This document shows positions 12,203-25,895 of a DNA stretch of 64,000 bases, piece after piece. Each line of letters opens with the position of its first letter. Positions within the stretch are counted from its first letter, which is position 1. The position numbers were made by a program, and so were the translations under genes. The stretch spans positions 53,754,001 through 53,818,000 of the forward strand of contig OX597814.1 in assembly GCA_951406725.2 (NCBI GenBank), written 5' to 3'. The stretch is from Octopus vulgaris (Eukaryota). The notes beneath the pieces are model-generated. The model saw only the letters and a program-made list of their open reading frames with translations. It was not told the origin of the DNA and did not search any database.

Positions 12203-12753
12203 TATTAGGAAGTAAATCCAAACTTACAGGGAAAAATTAAATTTAGGATTAAATCCAATTTTACAGTATAAATATATATATATATATTAAATTAGAGATA
12301 AAACCACTATTAGGCAAATCAAAGAGTGAAAAACATAAACCAAAACAAAGAAATAAAATTAATTAATATAATATACAAAATATATAAAATATAAAATTCA
12401 AAATTCAAATAATTTAAATTTAAAGTTAAAATTTTTTAAAAATTTTTAATTATAAATTTGTACTTATAAATTTATATATATATATATTATTATTATTTTT
12501 ATTATTATTATTATTATTTTTATTTTTATTTTTATTTTTTTTTATATATTTATTTTATTTTTTTTATAATTATATATAACTATCAAAAAGTATTAAAAAG
12601 TTTAATATAAGATAAAAAGTACTTTTACTTTTTATCTTATATTAAACTTTTTAATACTTTTTGATAGTTATATATATTTATTAAAAAAAATTAAATAAAT
12701 AAATAATTTTAAAAAATTTAAAATTTAAAATTTAAAAAATAAAAAAAAAAAAA

Positions 12754-12830
<77 letters not shown>
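12097..12830. repeat. (AAT)n microsatellites and extremely AT-rich tract containing a perfect 51-bp hairpin (12571-12676)
   Basis: Direct reading. Confidence 0.9.
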
Positions 12831-12856
12831 CAATACTTATCACATACATACATTAT

Positions 12857-13930
12857 GGCTGCCCCCTCGTTATCGAGTATGGCCATTGCACGAAGCTTAA
12901 CTGTTACTGGTGCTATGATCGAATGTGACATTTTAGCCCAGCTAAAGATCTACAATGTCTTGTACAAAATTGGCAACTAAAACCTTTACTGGTAATAGCC
13001 GGCTGTAGTTGTAACTGGGCTTCATGTACCTATGCATGTCGTTTAAGTCCTCCTGCCGAATTACACTCTCTTCCACATGCCCGACAGATATGATTAGTAT
13101 AGTATGTTACACCACTACCAGTGGCCAGGTTGTCACTCATCTGTCTCGTTTTATGACTACGAAGATGACTCATGAGTCCAGCTTTACTGATGCAGGGTCT
13201 TGCACAGACATTGCATGTCAGAATCAAAGGAAGACCCTTCCCTTCTGGAAGTGTAACAGCGATGCCCTTCCTGACATCCCTCCTTACTTTCTCATGTGCA
13301 ACTCGAGATTTCTCAAACGTGGTTGTCCCCTCATGCACAATCCTTCTCCACCTGCTACGATCAATAGCTATACCTTCCCATGTGTCAGGAGAGATGCAAG
13401 CATCTCTTAAGGAAGCCTTCAGCAAGTCCTTATACCTTTTTTTTTTGGTTTATGTGGAGGTTGTTCTCCTTTAGCTAACTCTCCATAAAAGTGTTGTTTT
13501 GGCATCCTCGAATCCTTCATTCTGACCAGATGACCACTCTGAGCTTTTGCTTTAACACAAGAGCTTCTATACTTCCACACCGAGAGCCTTCGAGTATTTC
13601 AAGATCACTGATGCGGTCCTTCCACTTAATGCCATAGATCCGTCTGAGGCACATCTGATGGAAACGTTCCAGTTGTTTAAGGTGGTATCGATATGTGACC
13701 CACGTCTCGCAGGCATAGAGAAGAGAAGGGAGCATACATGCCTTGTACACCTTTATCTTTGTCTTTCTGCATATGTCTCGCCGACTCCAGAGGCGCTTTT
13801 CTAGCCTTCCGAAAGCAACACTTGCTTTCCTAATTCTATATGGAATTTCATCATCCACATTGCCATATCTATTAATAGTGCTTCCCAGGTAGACAAACTG
13901 ATCGACTACATCAAGTCGTTTACCATTTAC
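12857..13930 (-). mobile_element. 5'-truncated RTE-clade LINE (RT C-terminus plus two C2H2-like fingers)
   Basis: VDQFVYLGS...IRKASVAFGRLEKRLW...LLYACETW; tail CNVCARPCISKAGLMSHLRSH and CRACGRECNSAGGLKRH; frameshifted. Confidence 0.9.
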
Positions 13931-14089
13931 ACATACATACATACATACATACATACATACATACATACATACATACATACATACATACATACATACATAC
14001 ATACATACATACATGGCAACAGCAAAAATAAATACATACATACATACATACATACATACATACATACATACATACATACATACATACAT

Positions 14090-14110
<21 letters not shown>
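13931..14110. repeat. (CATA)n tract with duplicated CATGGCAACAGCAAAAATAAATA
   Basis: Direct reading. Confidence 0.9.
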
Positions 14111-15267
<1,157 letters not shown>

Positions 15268-15299
15268 TTATTACCTTGAGTAAGAGGTCGCACAGGAGC

Positions 15300-16490
15300 A
15301 ATCAATACGATTCAGTCAATACAAACTGCATTTCTTTCTTTCATCGACCCCAGAAGAATAAACTGTAAACTTGACCACTGTACGAAACAGTTATAATTAT
15401 AAGGAGTGCCTGAGGTAGTATAACAGCCGAATAATAATCGATTGTTGTTGATTTCTTTATTAGTCCGGAAGGTAATAATATATATCAATTACACAGAAGG
15501 TCACGCATTTGGGGTGTAGGAAGGAATTGTCGATTATATTGATACTTGTACTTCACTAGATATTATCTTATTGACTAAAGACAGACAAAAGTCGAAGTCG
15601 GTCTCGGCGGGATTTGAACTCAGTCATTTTTCCTACGTGCTAACAATTTTACCATCTCGCCGCATAAATGATTTCGACTTTTGGCACAAGACCAGCAATT
15701 TTTAGAGGAGGTGGCAAGTCGATTACATCGATCTCAGAACTTCTCTGCTACTTATCTTATTGAACCTAAAAGTATGAAAAGCAAAGTTGGCCTCGGTGGC
15801 ATTTGAATTCAAAATACAAAGAGCCAAAAGAAATGCTGTTAAGCATTTTGACCGGCGCGATAACGACTCTGCTATCTCGCCGCCTTAATAATAACAATGG
15901 TTTTGTATTTTGGAACAAAGCCAGCAATTTTTTAGAGAGAGGAAATTAATCAAATACCTCAACTTGACTGGTACTTTATTTCATGATCAGCGGAAGGGAG
16001 AAATGCAAAATTGACCTCGGTGGAATTCGAAAACAGAACGTAAAGGACCGCAATTAAATGCCACAAGACATTTTTGTCCGACGTTCCGTTAATTCTGCCA
16101 ATTAACCTTCTGCCATGATTATATCTATTGCAGGTACAGGTGATTATATCTATTACAGAAATTGTAGAGACGGGTCAGTTGAAGACCTCGGGCCTTGACT
16201 TATACTTTGTGTTATCGATCTCGAAAAAATGAACGGCTAAGTTCGCTTTGACAGAATGTAAAGAGCTGTAATAAATACTCCGAGTCGTTTTCCTCCAACG
16301 CCGCAACGATTCTGCGATGTCCTGTAATCGTTTTTAAATTAAGCACATCAATTATTTGTGGGAGGATGTAATCGATAAAATCAACTCCTGCACTTGGTTT
16401 TTTTTTGGGGCGGGGGGTCTTATTTTATCGCCTCTGGAGAGACGAAAAACAAAGTTGATTTCAGAAGGGTTTGAAATTAGAAAGAAAACA
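15300..16490 (-). mobile_element. Head-to-tail array of about 6 diverged family-A SINE copies
   Basis: Units of about 200 bp with GGCACAAG(A/G)CCAGCAATTT...AAAGTCGACCTCGGCGGAATTTGAACTC-like consensus, all in the same orientation. Confidence 0.7.
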
Positions 16491-17699
16491 GTATTAGCTT
16501 AACTTTGCTGTGTATTTTGTCAAACACTCTAATTGTTCTGTCACTCTACCCTGAATATTAATTTCTGACAGTGACACACAATCAGAAATTTGTGAGGAAG
16601 GGCACGGACGCAGTGATGCAACTAAAACGTGTGCCGTCCGGGCAGCCCTTAATTTTTCCACCCTCTCACCTATTGCCCTCCCCCCCCCCCCAACCAATAC
16701 AGACTTAGACAGCAGTCCTTAAAGTGTCGCCCCCTAAAAGCATCGCTCAGAGCGGACCGTCATCGCCACTACCACCACCACCTTCACCACCAGCCCGCTA
16801 TGCGACTGCATAGACAACTAAATCCATTGCAGTGTATTACTGATGCTTCATTTATCACCTACCAGAAGATCAAAGGCAAGTCGATGTCGCTGTGATTTAA
16901 ACTTCAGAAGTAAAGGAATTTAATTCAACAGCGTATTGTATGTTACTCGTTCTTTACTTGTTCCGTCAATCTGTCGTTCTTTACTGCAAATAATATAAAT
17001 GAATAAATATAGGGAATTGCAAGGGAAGATAACATACATAAACTTTAAGTGTAAAAGGATATACTGTGTGGAACTTGATAGATATTAATGTAAAAAATGT
17101 GAATAAAAAATCTCAAAAGTCTTGCTTTTTTATGTTTTTTACGCTTCAGCCCCATCAAGATTAAGTTGGGATTTTTTTTACCTCAAGAGTTTCTTCCCTT
17201 GTTTTTACAATGCTTATCTGATTTGCTTCCTTAAAAGTATTCTTTATAATGGCATTTTTTATGAAAGATAATGGAGTTTTGTGGGTTTTCATTTTCCGTT
17301 CTTATCTTCAACTTTTTATCTAATTTCTAGTTTTAGAAGAATAGGAAAAGCGTTGGACACAATGCCCTTGCTACATTTAGATACAAGCCTTATATTCTAC
17401 GTACGATTCCCGCAGTGGTTGACTTTATCTTCTAATTTTCATTGGTCATTAAAATAGATACCAGTCAATAAGACAGAGTCATTAGCGCGTCGGAAAAAAT
17501 GCTTAGCGGCATTTCTCATTATTTACGTTCTTAGTTCAAATTCTATCGAGGTCAACTTTATCTTTCATATTTTCGAGTTCGGTAAAAATAAGTACTGCAG
17601 TCAGTGTAATCGACTTTCTCCCTCCCCTCAAACTGCTGGCCTTGTGTCAAAATTAGAAACAAAAATTAATTATCAGCTACGTACGTTGACTGCTAACTT

Positions 17700-18100
17700 A
17701 TTGATTTGATGTAATATTGGATGTTTGTGCTTTTGGATGCATCACAGGCCCAGATAAGTGAATTGTATTCTAATATAGGTCAGACAGTGTCTATAGTTGA
17801 GCAGGATGTTCGACTATAGGCACCGTCTGAGCTGAGATGTGTACCTCAGCGAGAAGGATGTTTAGAAAAGATGTTTTCGATGAAGGGCAAGAGAAACTTG
17901 AGGTTTAACGAATTTAGAGAGCGGTAGAGACAGTTGGTGAAATTAGACCTGAACCAGAATATCTGGAAATCTTTGTGGTTGATATTCAGGTTAAAGAGAT
18001 GTATAGCGGGGATATGCTTTAATAAAAACATAGGCAGTGTATGTGATATGATTTCGAGCGAAAATCAAAAGTAGATTACAAAGCCGGAGCGAGCTTCTAC
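17700..18100 (-). mobile_element. Decayed CR1/Jockey-group LINE fragment
   Basis: Minus-strand remnant PILEYNSLIW, resembling the post-RT RPxLEYxxxxW motif. Confidence 0.45.
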
Positions 18101-18121
18101 CTCGAGAGATATAATTATTAT

Positions 18122-19110
18122 TAAGGCAGGGAGCTGACAGAATTGTTAGTGCGCCGGGCAAAATGATTAGTGGCATTTCATCCGTCTTTATGTTCCGAAC
18201 TCAAATGCCCTCGGGATCGACTTTACCTTTTATCCTTTCGGGGTCGGTAAAATAATTACCAGTTGAACACTGGGGTTGATCTAATCAATTTACCCCCTCA
18301 TCCAAAATTTCAAGCCTTTAGTAGAAAGATTTATTGTTATCATTAAGGCGGCGAGCTGGCAGAAACGTTAGCACGCCGGACGAAATGCTTAGCGGAATTT
18401 CGTCTGCCGTTACGCTCTGAGTTCAAATTCCACCGAGGTCGACTTTGCCTTTCATCCTTTCGGGGTCGATAAATTAAGTACCAGTTACGCACTGGTGTCG
18501 ATATAATCGACTTAATCCGTTTGTCTGTCCTTGTTTGTCCCCTCTGTGTTTACCCCCTTGTGGGTAGTAAAGAAATAGGTATTTCGTCTGCCGCTACGTT
18601 CTGAGTTCAAATTCCGCCGGGGTCGACTTTGCCTTTCATCCTTTCGGGGTCGATTAAATACTAGTTACGCACTGGGGTCGATATAATCGACTTAATCCAT
18701 TTATCTGTCCTTGTTTGTCCCATCTATGTTTAGCCCCTTCTGGATAGTAAAGAAATAGGTATTTCGTCTGCCGCTACGTTCTGAGTTCAAATTCCGCCGA
18801 GGTCGACTTTGCCTTTCATCCTTTCGGGGTCGATTAAATAAGTACTAGTTACGCACTGGGATCGATATAATCGACTTAATCCGTTTGTCTGTCCTTGTTT
18901 GTCCCCTCTGTGTGTAGCCCCTTGTGGCAATAAAGAAGTAGGTATTTCTTCGAGCTCTTTATCTTCTCAGTTCAAATACTGCCGAAATCAACTTTGCCTT
19001 TCGTCCTTTCGGAGGGCGATAAAATGAAGTACAAGTCAAGTACTGGGTTGATATTTTCGACTAACTACCCACCCCCTTAAAATTGTTATCCTTGTGCCAA
19101 AATTTGAAGC
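18122..19110 (+). mobile_element. Family-A SINE cluster including a multimeric copy with three tandem units of about 180 bp
   Basis: Units start ATTTCGTCTGCCG(T/C)TACG at about 18397, 18581 and 18761 and are nearly identical. Confidence 0.85.
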
Positions 19111-19600
19111 ATTATCTCCAAATATCAGCTGAACAAGAGACAAGCCATAGAAAATCACAACTGCAGTACTGTTCCAAACATTAAAACATGAAATGACTTT
19201 ATAATTGTAATCATTTCATAAATTTTCAAAAGCAACGAATGAATTTCTACTACGGGAACCTCAATTTGCAAGAAATAGCATCCAAATCTCCCTCAAATTA
19301 CATCCTACTATTGTAAAAATGAAGGACACTTTAGATAATGTAGTCCTAGATACGCTATATCTGAAAGAAAAGGGATAGACCGGAATGCTTTTAGACACGG
19401 ATCTGCTCGTCCAGGGCTGACTTGGGATTAAACAACAATTTCACCTTCTGAACTCTGGGACCTTTATATTTAATCAACACAAACTAATATTTCCTGGATT
19501 TCTAAAAAGTTCTTTGCAAGTTGAAGCTGCATCTCTGTTTCGATTCCTGCTTAGAGCCTTCTTTATTATTATTAATGTCACTAATACCTAAGGAAAAGCG

Positions 19601-19900
19601 TACTCTAGGGTCCCAAATAATAGTGGGGGTTGGAATAAGCAGATGGGTTGGACATTTGCTTAAATTCATATAAGTGGGCGGGTTGGAATAAACGGGTGGG
19701 GTTGGAAAATCAGTAATTGTATAGTGGTAATTGTATAAAATTTTTAAATTGTCTAGGTTATCTCCCTAATTTTTTTTAAACCCAGTAATTTACTCTCGGG
19801 TCCCAAATAATAGTAGTGGGGGTGAATAAGCCGGTGGGTGGAACATTTGCTTAAATTCATATTAACAGAGGTGGGTGGGAATCAGTAACTGTATAGTGTA
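19601..19900 (+). repeat. Two direct copies of a DNA-transposon-like terminus (TACTCT(A/C)GGGTCCCAAATAATAGT...)
   Basis: Copies at 19601 and 19792 share GGAATAAG/GGACATTTGCTTAAATTCATAT blocks; no matching opposite end found. Confidence 0.55.
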
Positions 19901-19999
19901 TGTACGAAAATTAAGAAAAAGCATCTTAAAGCACATATAACGACACAACGAGGCAAAAGAAATTAACAAGAGGCAAGTGAAATTAACACATACGTGTGC

Positions 20000-21950
20000 T
20001 TCAAATGTTCACTTTAGTTAAGACGCACAGTTATATTATAAAAATAAGACGTGTGTTAATTATGGCAATTGTAGGATTTTTTTTAATGCAGTGGACAAAA
20101 CTGATATTGATATAAGCGACACGTCTTAAAATGAAAGAAAAATAAAACACAATAAAAAGAGTGTAATTACCATTTCGTGAAAATGCAGTATTTATTATAC
20201 TATACATAATAAAACATAGCACTCCGTAAATAGGTATAAATGATAGACTCGTGATTTTCCGTCACTGTCCTTCTGCAGGCTTCTCGGTTTCGACATTCGC
20301 TTCTTTACGGATCGCTGAGTTTCACTAACAGTTATTATGAGTTTGCTTCGAAAAGGCAAGAAAAGTGAGGGTGTCTCGTTTCCATCCAACACCTTCTGTA
20401 CTTTTCAAGGAACAGAGTATCTTTATTAACCTGATCATCACTACTGATTCTTACAAGATAGATAGAGCTTCCCGTCATCATATTTGTCCGACCGTGCTTT
20501 GGCTCCTACGAAACTTCCATGGGGATTTCTCCAGATGGGTGAATTACCTCCAAAAGATTCCAAGATGACTCGCTTTCATCTTCCGACTCACTTTCAACAG
20601 CTGTTCCCTCAATGCCGTCACCATCAAATAGTTCTGAACCTTCAATATCGTTCGCACGTTTGACTCCTTTTGACGGAATTAAATTCTTAATGACTCTCTG
20701 AATAGTATTTGGGCAGGGTTTTGACATCATCTCTAGACGAAACTCTCGCATCGACGGACCGACGAGGTACATGATTCGGTCTGACACCTTATAATCTTCA
20801 GAGCCATCGGAAGCGTCTGTGACCCACGTCGACTTGAAAGCAGCTTCGACATCACTCATGCAATCTGCATGTGCTTGATGTAGCATCTGCATCATCTCGG
20901 ATTGATTAGGCGTGGGTATTTTATTCGGAGTTTGAACTAACTTTTCTAGCATCTTTACTTTTTCTATTTCGTGATATTTCGCTTTCAGTTGTTTGTGCAA
21001 GTGTGTGTCATTAACTTGAACAAACCCGGTGATACCACCGCCGATGATGATTAGCATATAACCCCTCACCTCCGCCACATAACGTCTCTCACCTCCAGCA
21101 TCAAATGCACCATGTAATCACCGAGCACATAAATGGCAAAGTTTGTATGTAAAAACATATTGAATCGGTTCGGAAGGTTTTCAAAAGCACAGAGCAGATA
21201 TTCTAATCTATAAGAACCTTTAGGAGACCATCGATATTTCATAGTCAGCAGGGCATTCGGTAGTGGTGGTCTTTTTTCAGTTCTTTTAGATACAAACTCT
21301 TGGATAAGATTGATTTTGGTATCATTGCTAACCTGGGTAAACACTGTGATATGTTCTCTAGACAAATGGTGGTTTTCTTTGATGAACGTATCTTGATTTT
21401 TGAATAAGGTAGCTCGTCCTCTACTTTCATTCCGGTGCAAGGACATTTTATCTCCATTGATAATAGAAGGATCTACACTAAATTTGTCAAGGAACTAACG
21501 ACTCATACTCCATATGTTCTTCAAATAAACCTGAATGCTCAACACATTGCTCTTTGGAGATTGAAATGCAATTGTTTGGAAATTTCAGTGATACCCTATA
21601 CTTTTTTTGCTAACCTTTCATCCAGCTTTTTGAAAAACAAAATTTTTCCTTAGTCGGTGTGACTGGGTATTGGAAAATCCACTCCTCGTAAAATTTCTCA
21701 GCCTGTAGTAGGAAAAGAGCTGGTGGTAATCTCGCATGCAGCGATGTTCTAACATCCACAAATCATTCAAACAACCTCCACTAGCCACTCTGAAACGTTT
21801 CTTTGGATTTTTTTTTCAGCGCCGTCAAGTTCGCCTTTCAGATATTTTCATAACAGCGTTTGGCTACTTTAACAGCAGAATCAACAGTCGATCAGAGTTT
21901 TTGACACCGGCCAAATTCAAGTAAAACAAACAAACTGCTTTGGCAGAAAA
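20000..21950 (-). mobile_element. Decayed pogo-like (DDE_1/CENP-B type) transposase
   Basis: HTH remnant FSKSWMKG..KYRVSL; catalytic-type segments INGDKMSLHRNE, YVLGDYMVH and GGGITGFVQVNDT; acidic tail; several frameshifts; TAAGACG(C/T) repeats near 20018-20125. Confidence 0.8.
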
Positions 21951-22000
21951 ATACTGATATTATGATTCGGACAAAAATTTCAAAACATTTCTGTACTTAC

Positions 22001-22126
22001 GGTTAGGGTTACGGTTTTAGAGTTAGGGTTAGGGTTAGGGTTAGGGTTAAGGTTAGGGTTAAGTTAGGGTTAGAGGGTTTTTAGGGTTAGAGTTTTAGGG
22101 TTAGGGTTTTAGGGTTAGTGTTGGGG
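22001..22126 (+). repeat. Interstitial telomere-like (TTAGGG)n tract
   Basis: Perfect (TTAGGG)4 at 22023-22046 within about 125 bp of degenerate repeats. Confidence 0.9.
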
Positions 22127-22464
22127 AAAAAGTCAAAACTGAAGAAGTTGGGGAGGGGGATAAATTTAACAATGCCGCTTTTTGGAGATTTTTGGCAAAA
22201 AAAATTTTAAATAAACAAATTTAGGAGAAAATGGTGAGGGGGGCGGAAGTCTTTCAAAAAAAATTTTTCTATTTCACCCCACCCACGAATTTAAAATTTT
22301 GATTTTGTTTTCACTTCGAAGATTGTAGCGAATTAACAAACATATGCAAATTGAAATTAAATATAGACAAAAACATTAATGTGTATTTGCCTTAAATAAT
22401 CCTAAAACTTATCAGCCCTTTATTTATTTGTCTGTCTATCTATTTATCCCTATCCGTTTATTCA

Positions 22465-22556
<92 letters not shown>
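22465..22556. repeat. (TATC)n microsatellite
   Basis: Direct reading. Confidence 0.95.
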
Positions 22557-22557
<1 letters not shown>

Positions 22558-22910
22558 CTTTATACACATAACTATAGTACCGAATTTACAATTTTGAAAA
22601 CGTGGTTTCTTGCATATTCGGAATCTTTGTCATAGAAAATATAGGAACCCGCTGAAAAAAAACATTGGAAATGTTTGTATTTGTATGTGCGTGAGGAGAT
22701 GGTGTGGGAGGTTTTAAAAAATTATTTTATTTTATTTATTTATTATTCTTCCTTTCTCTCTCACTTTCCGTCTTTCTTCTTTGTTGTTATTGTTAGTGTG
22801 CGATACTCATTCTCTTCGACAATTATTCAATGTTATTCTGCTATTCGCTAGTAGGCGAATAACCGTTTATGAATACCGCATTAACGAACACGTATCAGAC
22901 TTCAGTGTGT

Positions 22911-22929
22911 ACTTCCGCTCAAAATGGCA
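22911..22929 (+). promoter_or_regulatory. ETS/GABP-type motif (ACTTCCG) next to a YY1-like motif (CAAAATGGC) that overlaps the NDUFA5 ATG
   Basis: Sequence ACTTCCGCTCAAAATGGCA; a second CGGAAGT lies at 22244-22250. Confidence 0.5.
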
Positions 22930-22944
22930 GGCGTCGTGAAGGTT
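22924..22944 (+). CDS. NDUFA5: NDUFA5 coding exon 1 (MAGVVKV)
   Basis: AAAATGGCAG start context; GTAAGT donor at 22945. Confidence 0.9.
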
Positions 22945-24149
22945 GTAAGTAACTTAGCTCTTGTTTATTTACTGAACTCTTACATTGTCCGACGTTATCT
23001 GTCCTGATGTGGTAACTTAATACTGGGTATCTTCAGTAGCTTTTCACATTTATTGCTGTTGTTATTAACGCTGATTTTGATCGTCTGTTGTGTTTAGAGT
23101 ATCGTGCCCTTGAAACAGCCTTCATTAGAATTTATCTTTCATGCTGTAGCCCTAGGTCAGTCTTGGACGAGTAGACGTACTATCAAATGGAGTTGTAGCT
23201 GGGATATCTTATTTTATGTTAAAAACTGTGTATACCTTAGTGTGCACTATATGAAAGAGATTTCACTGCTGTTTCTAACAGGTCAAGCGGCTGCATAGAG
23301 ACTTGACTCATCAATTTCGTATACATAGGGTCTGATTTTAGGAAGTTTGAGAAAGCCGATATTGCAACCCCTACAATCATTTTGAATATATAATTTCTGT
23401 TATTCTGTACTTAACAAATAGTTTTTTGTGAGTTCCTATCTAATATATGAGGCAGAGCATGTATGGTATTAAATACGTTTGTTGTTATTTAACATTGTGT
23501 CACCCTGATTGAGCAGACTTCTGATCGAAAGTCTTCTAGCTGTCTTTTTCTCATTGCATAAACTCACTTAGAACTAACTACAATATCGAATGCCTCCCAT
23601 TTTTTGATAACGCTATGGTGTCATTGAAAGGAGATTCGGTTGTTGTTTTTAGCAAATTCAGTGGTGGTAACACTGTCTTGTTTATTTAATGTATTCAGCG
23701 TCAGTTAATGTTTACGAAAAGTGAAGATGATTGAATCTTTTCCACTACAATTGTTTTATCGACCCCATAGGGAGGAACAGCGGAGCTAACTGCTTAAGGA
23801 CCCTGGGCGAAACTGAATGTTGTTATGTTGCATCGTTTGCATATGCTCATCCAACTGTTTAAAAACAGTTGTATTAAGAGAAAGGATAGCACTCACAAGT
23901 TGCTTAGAGCCTTTAGACATAAGGATCTTTCTTTAGGTAAACTAACACATCTGAATAAGTTTAACTTTAATAAAATGCACCTTGGAATAAGAGTATATGT
24001 ATTTTAGAGGAAGCAGGTCAGTTGACGTAATTTTAACCCTATAATTACACACACACACCCACGAGTTGGTAAAGTGCAAGACAGCATTATGTTCTATAAA
24101 GCGTTGAATACCGTACATGTTTTCTGTTTAATTATTATTCGTAGTATTT

Positions 24150-24185
<36 letters not shown>

Positions 24186-25864
24186 CACACATACACACAC
24201 ATATATGTCAAGCTAAGTAAAATCGTGGTTGTCCTTGTATACAGGCATGCCCCCTACATCCCTCTTCAGCTGAGTGATCCTAATCTTGTGGGCTCGTGGG
24301 TGCTGGTACCACATAAAATGCACCTGTGCTGGTGCCAGTGCTGCATAAAAGCACCAAGTACAGTCTGTAAAGTGGTTGGCATTAGGAAGGGCATCTAGCT
24401 ATAGAAATCATGCCAAAACAGACATAGAGCTTGGCCAGCTCTTGTCAAACTGTCTTCCACATGCCAGCATGGAAAACAGATGTTAAATAATGATGATGGA
24501 CATTACATTATGCTCTATATATCTGGCTCTAACTACAGATGTGTTGGATATAATAAAAAGTTGCATTTAACTGTAAAACTGCTTAATCTGATGACAAAAG
24601 TTTCATCAGTCTCTTGTGAGAGCCACTACATAGTAGACTCACTCAAAATAGCAGTCAAATCTCCATTAAACTACACCCTACAATCATATAAAATGACACA
24701 TTGGGTAATATCCAGGAATCTCTATTCAAATGGGGAGGAAAATGCTATTATCTTTGATCATAGGTCTGTTTATTCAAGTGCTCTAAGCAACAACAAAGGT
24801 TAGGTCTTACTTTTTTTTTTTAACAGAAGTCAAAACTAATAGTCTCTCTCAACAAAATGAAGTGCATAAAATTATCACTATATTCTGCTAGTTACTAAAA
24901 CCAGTGCTTTGTCACTCCTGCTCATAAGTGGTTTATGTGAAGAGAATGATATTTCTTTTACTACACATATATATGTGTGTTTACTCATGTGTAAGTTGAC
25001 CCCTAATTTAGTGTTAAATTGGAAGCCCCATAATTTATTTATAGATATCAAATTATTATCCATAGGAAATGGATATCTGTACATATAGCATCATATATCT
25101 TTCAAAATTTAATTTAATACACTTTATATATATATTTCAGAAATAGAATTATAAGCCTTCTCCTTGTATTGTCCAGAGAAAATAGTTTAATATTTGGGCA
25201 TATAAGCCCCAATAACAGAAAAAAAATAGACATTAATATGCATACTAATGCTCATTTTTTTCCTGTTACAGGGGTTTATATACCCTAATATTAGACTATT
25301 TTCTATAATCAATATACAGTGAAGGGCTATAATTCTATTTATGAAACGTCAATCACCACTGTTCCCTTATTCATGCAGAATTCACATATATGCCCTTCCT
25401 AACTATTAACCACTTTACTGTGTACTATATGCTTTTTACATGGTACCAGCAACAGTGGTTTTTATGTGGCACTGGTACTGATGCCACATAAAAAGCACCC
25501 ACCCCCAGCTGTAGTAACCATACCAAAACAGGCAATGAAGCTTGGTATGGCTCCTAACCTTGCCAAGAAGCTTGCTTCCCAACTACATACTTTTGGGTTC
25601 AGTGCCATTACATAGCACCTTAGGCAAGTGTTTTTTACTATAGCCTTGGGTCGGCCAAAGCCTTGTGTGTGTGTCTTTCTGTCTGTGTTTGTCGCCCCAC
25701 CACTGCTTGACAGCCAGTGTTGGTATATTTGCATCTCCATAACATAGCAGAGCAGTTCGGCAAAAGATGCCAATAGAATAAGCTCTGGGGGTCAATTCAT
25801 TTAACTAAAAATTCAAGGCAGTGTCCCAGCATGGTCACAATCTTATGACTGAAACAAGTAAAAG

Positions 25865-25895
<31 letters not shown>

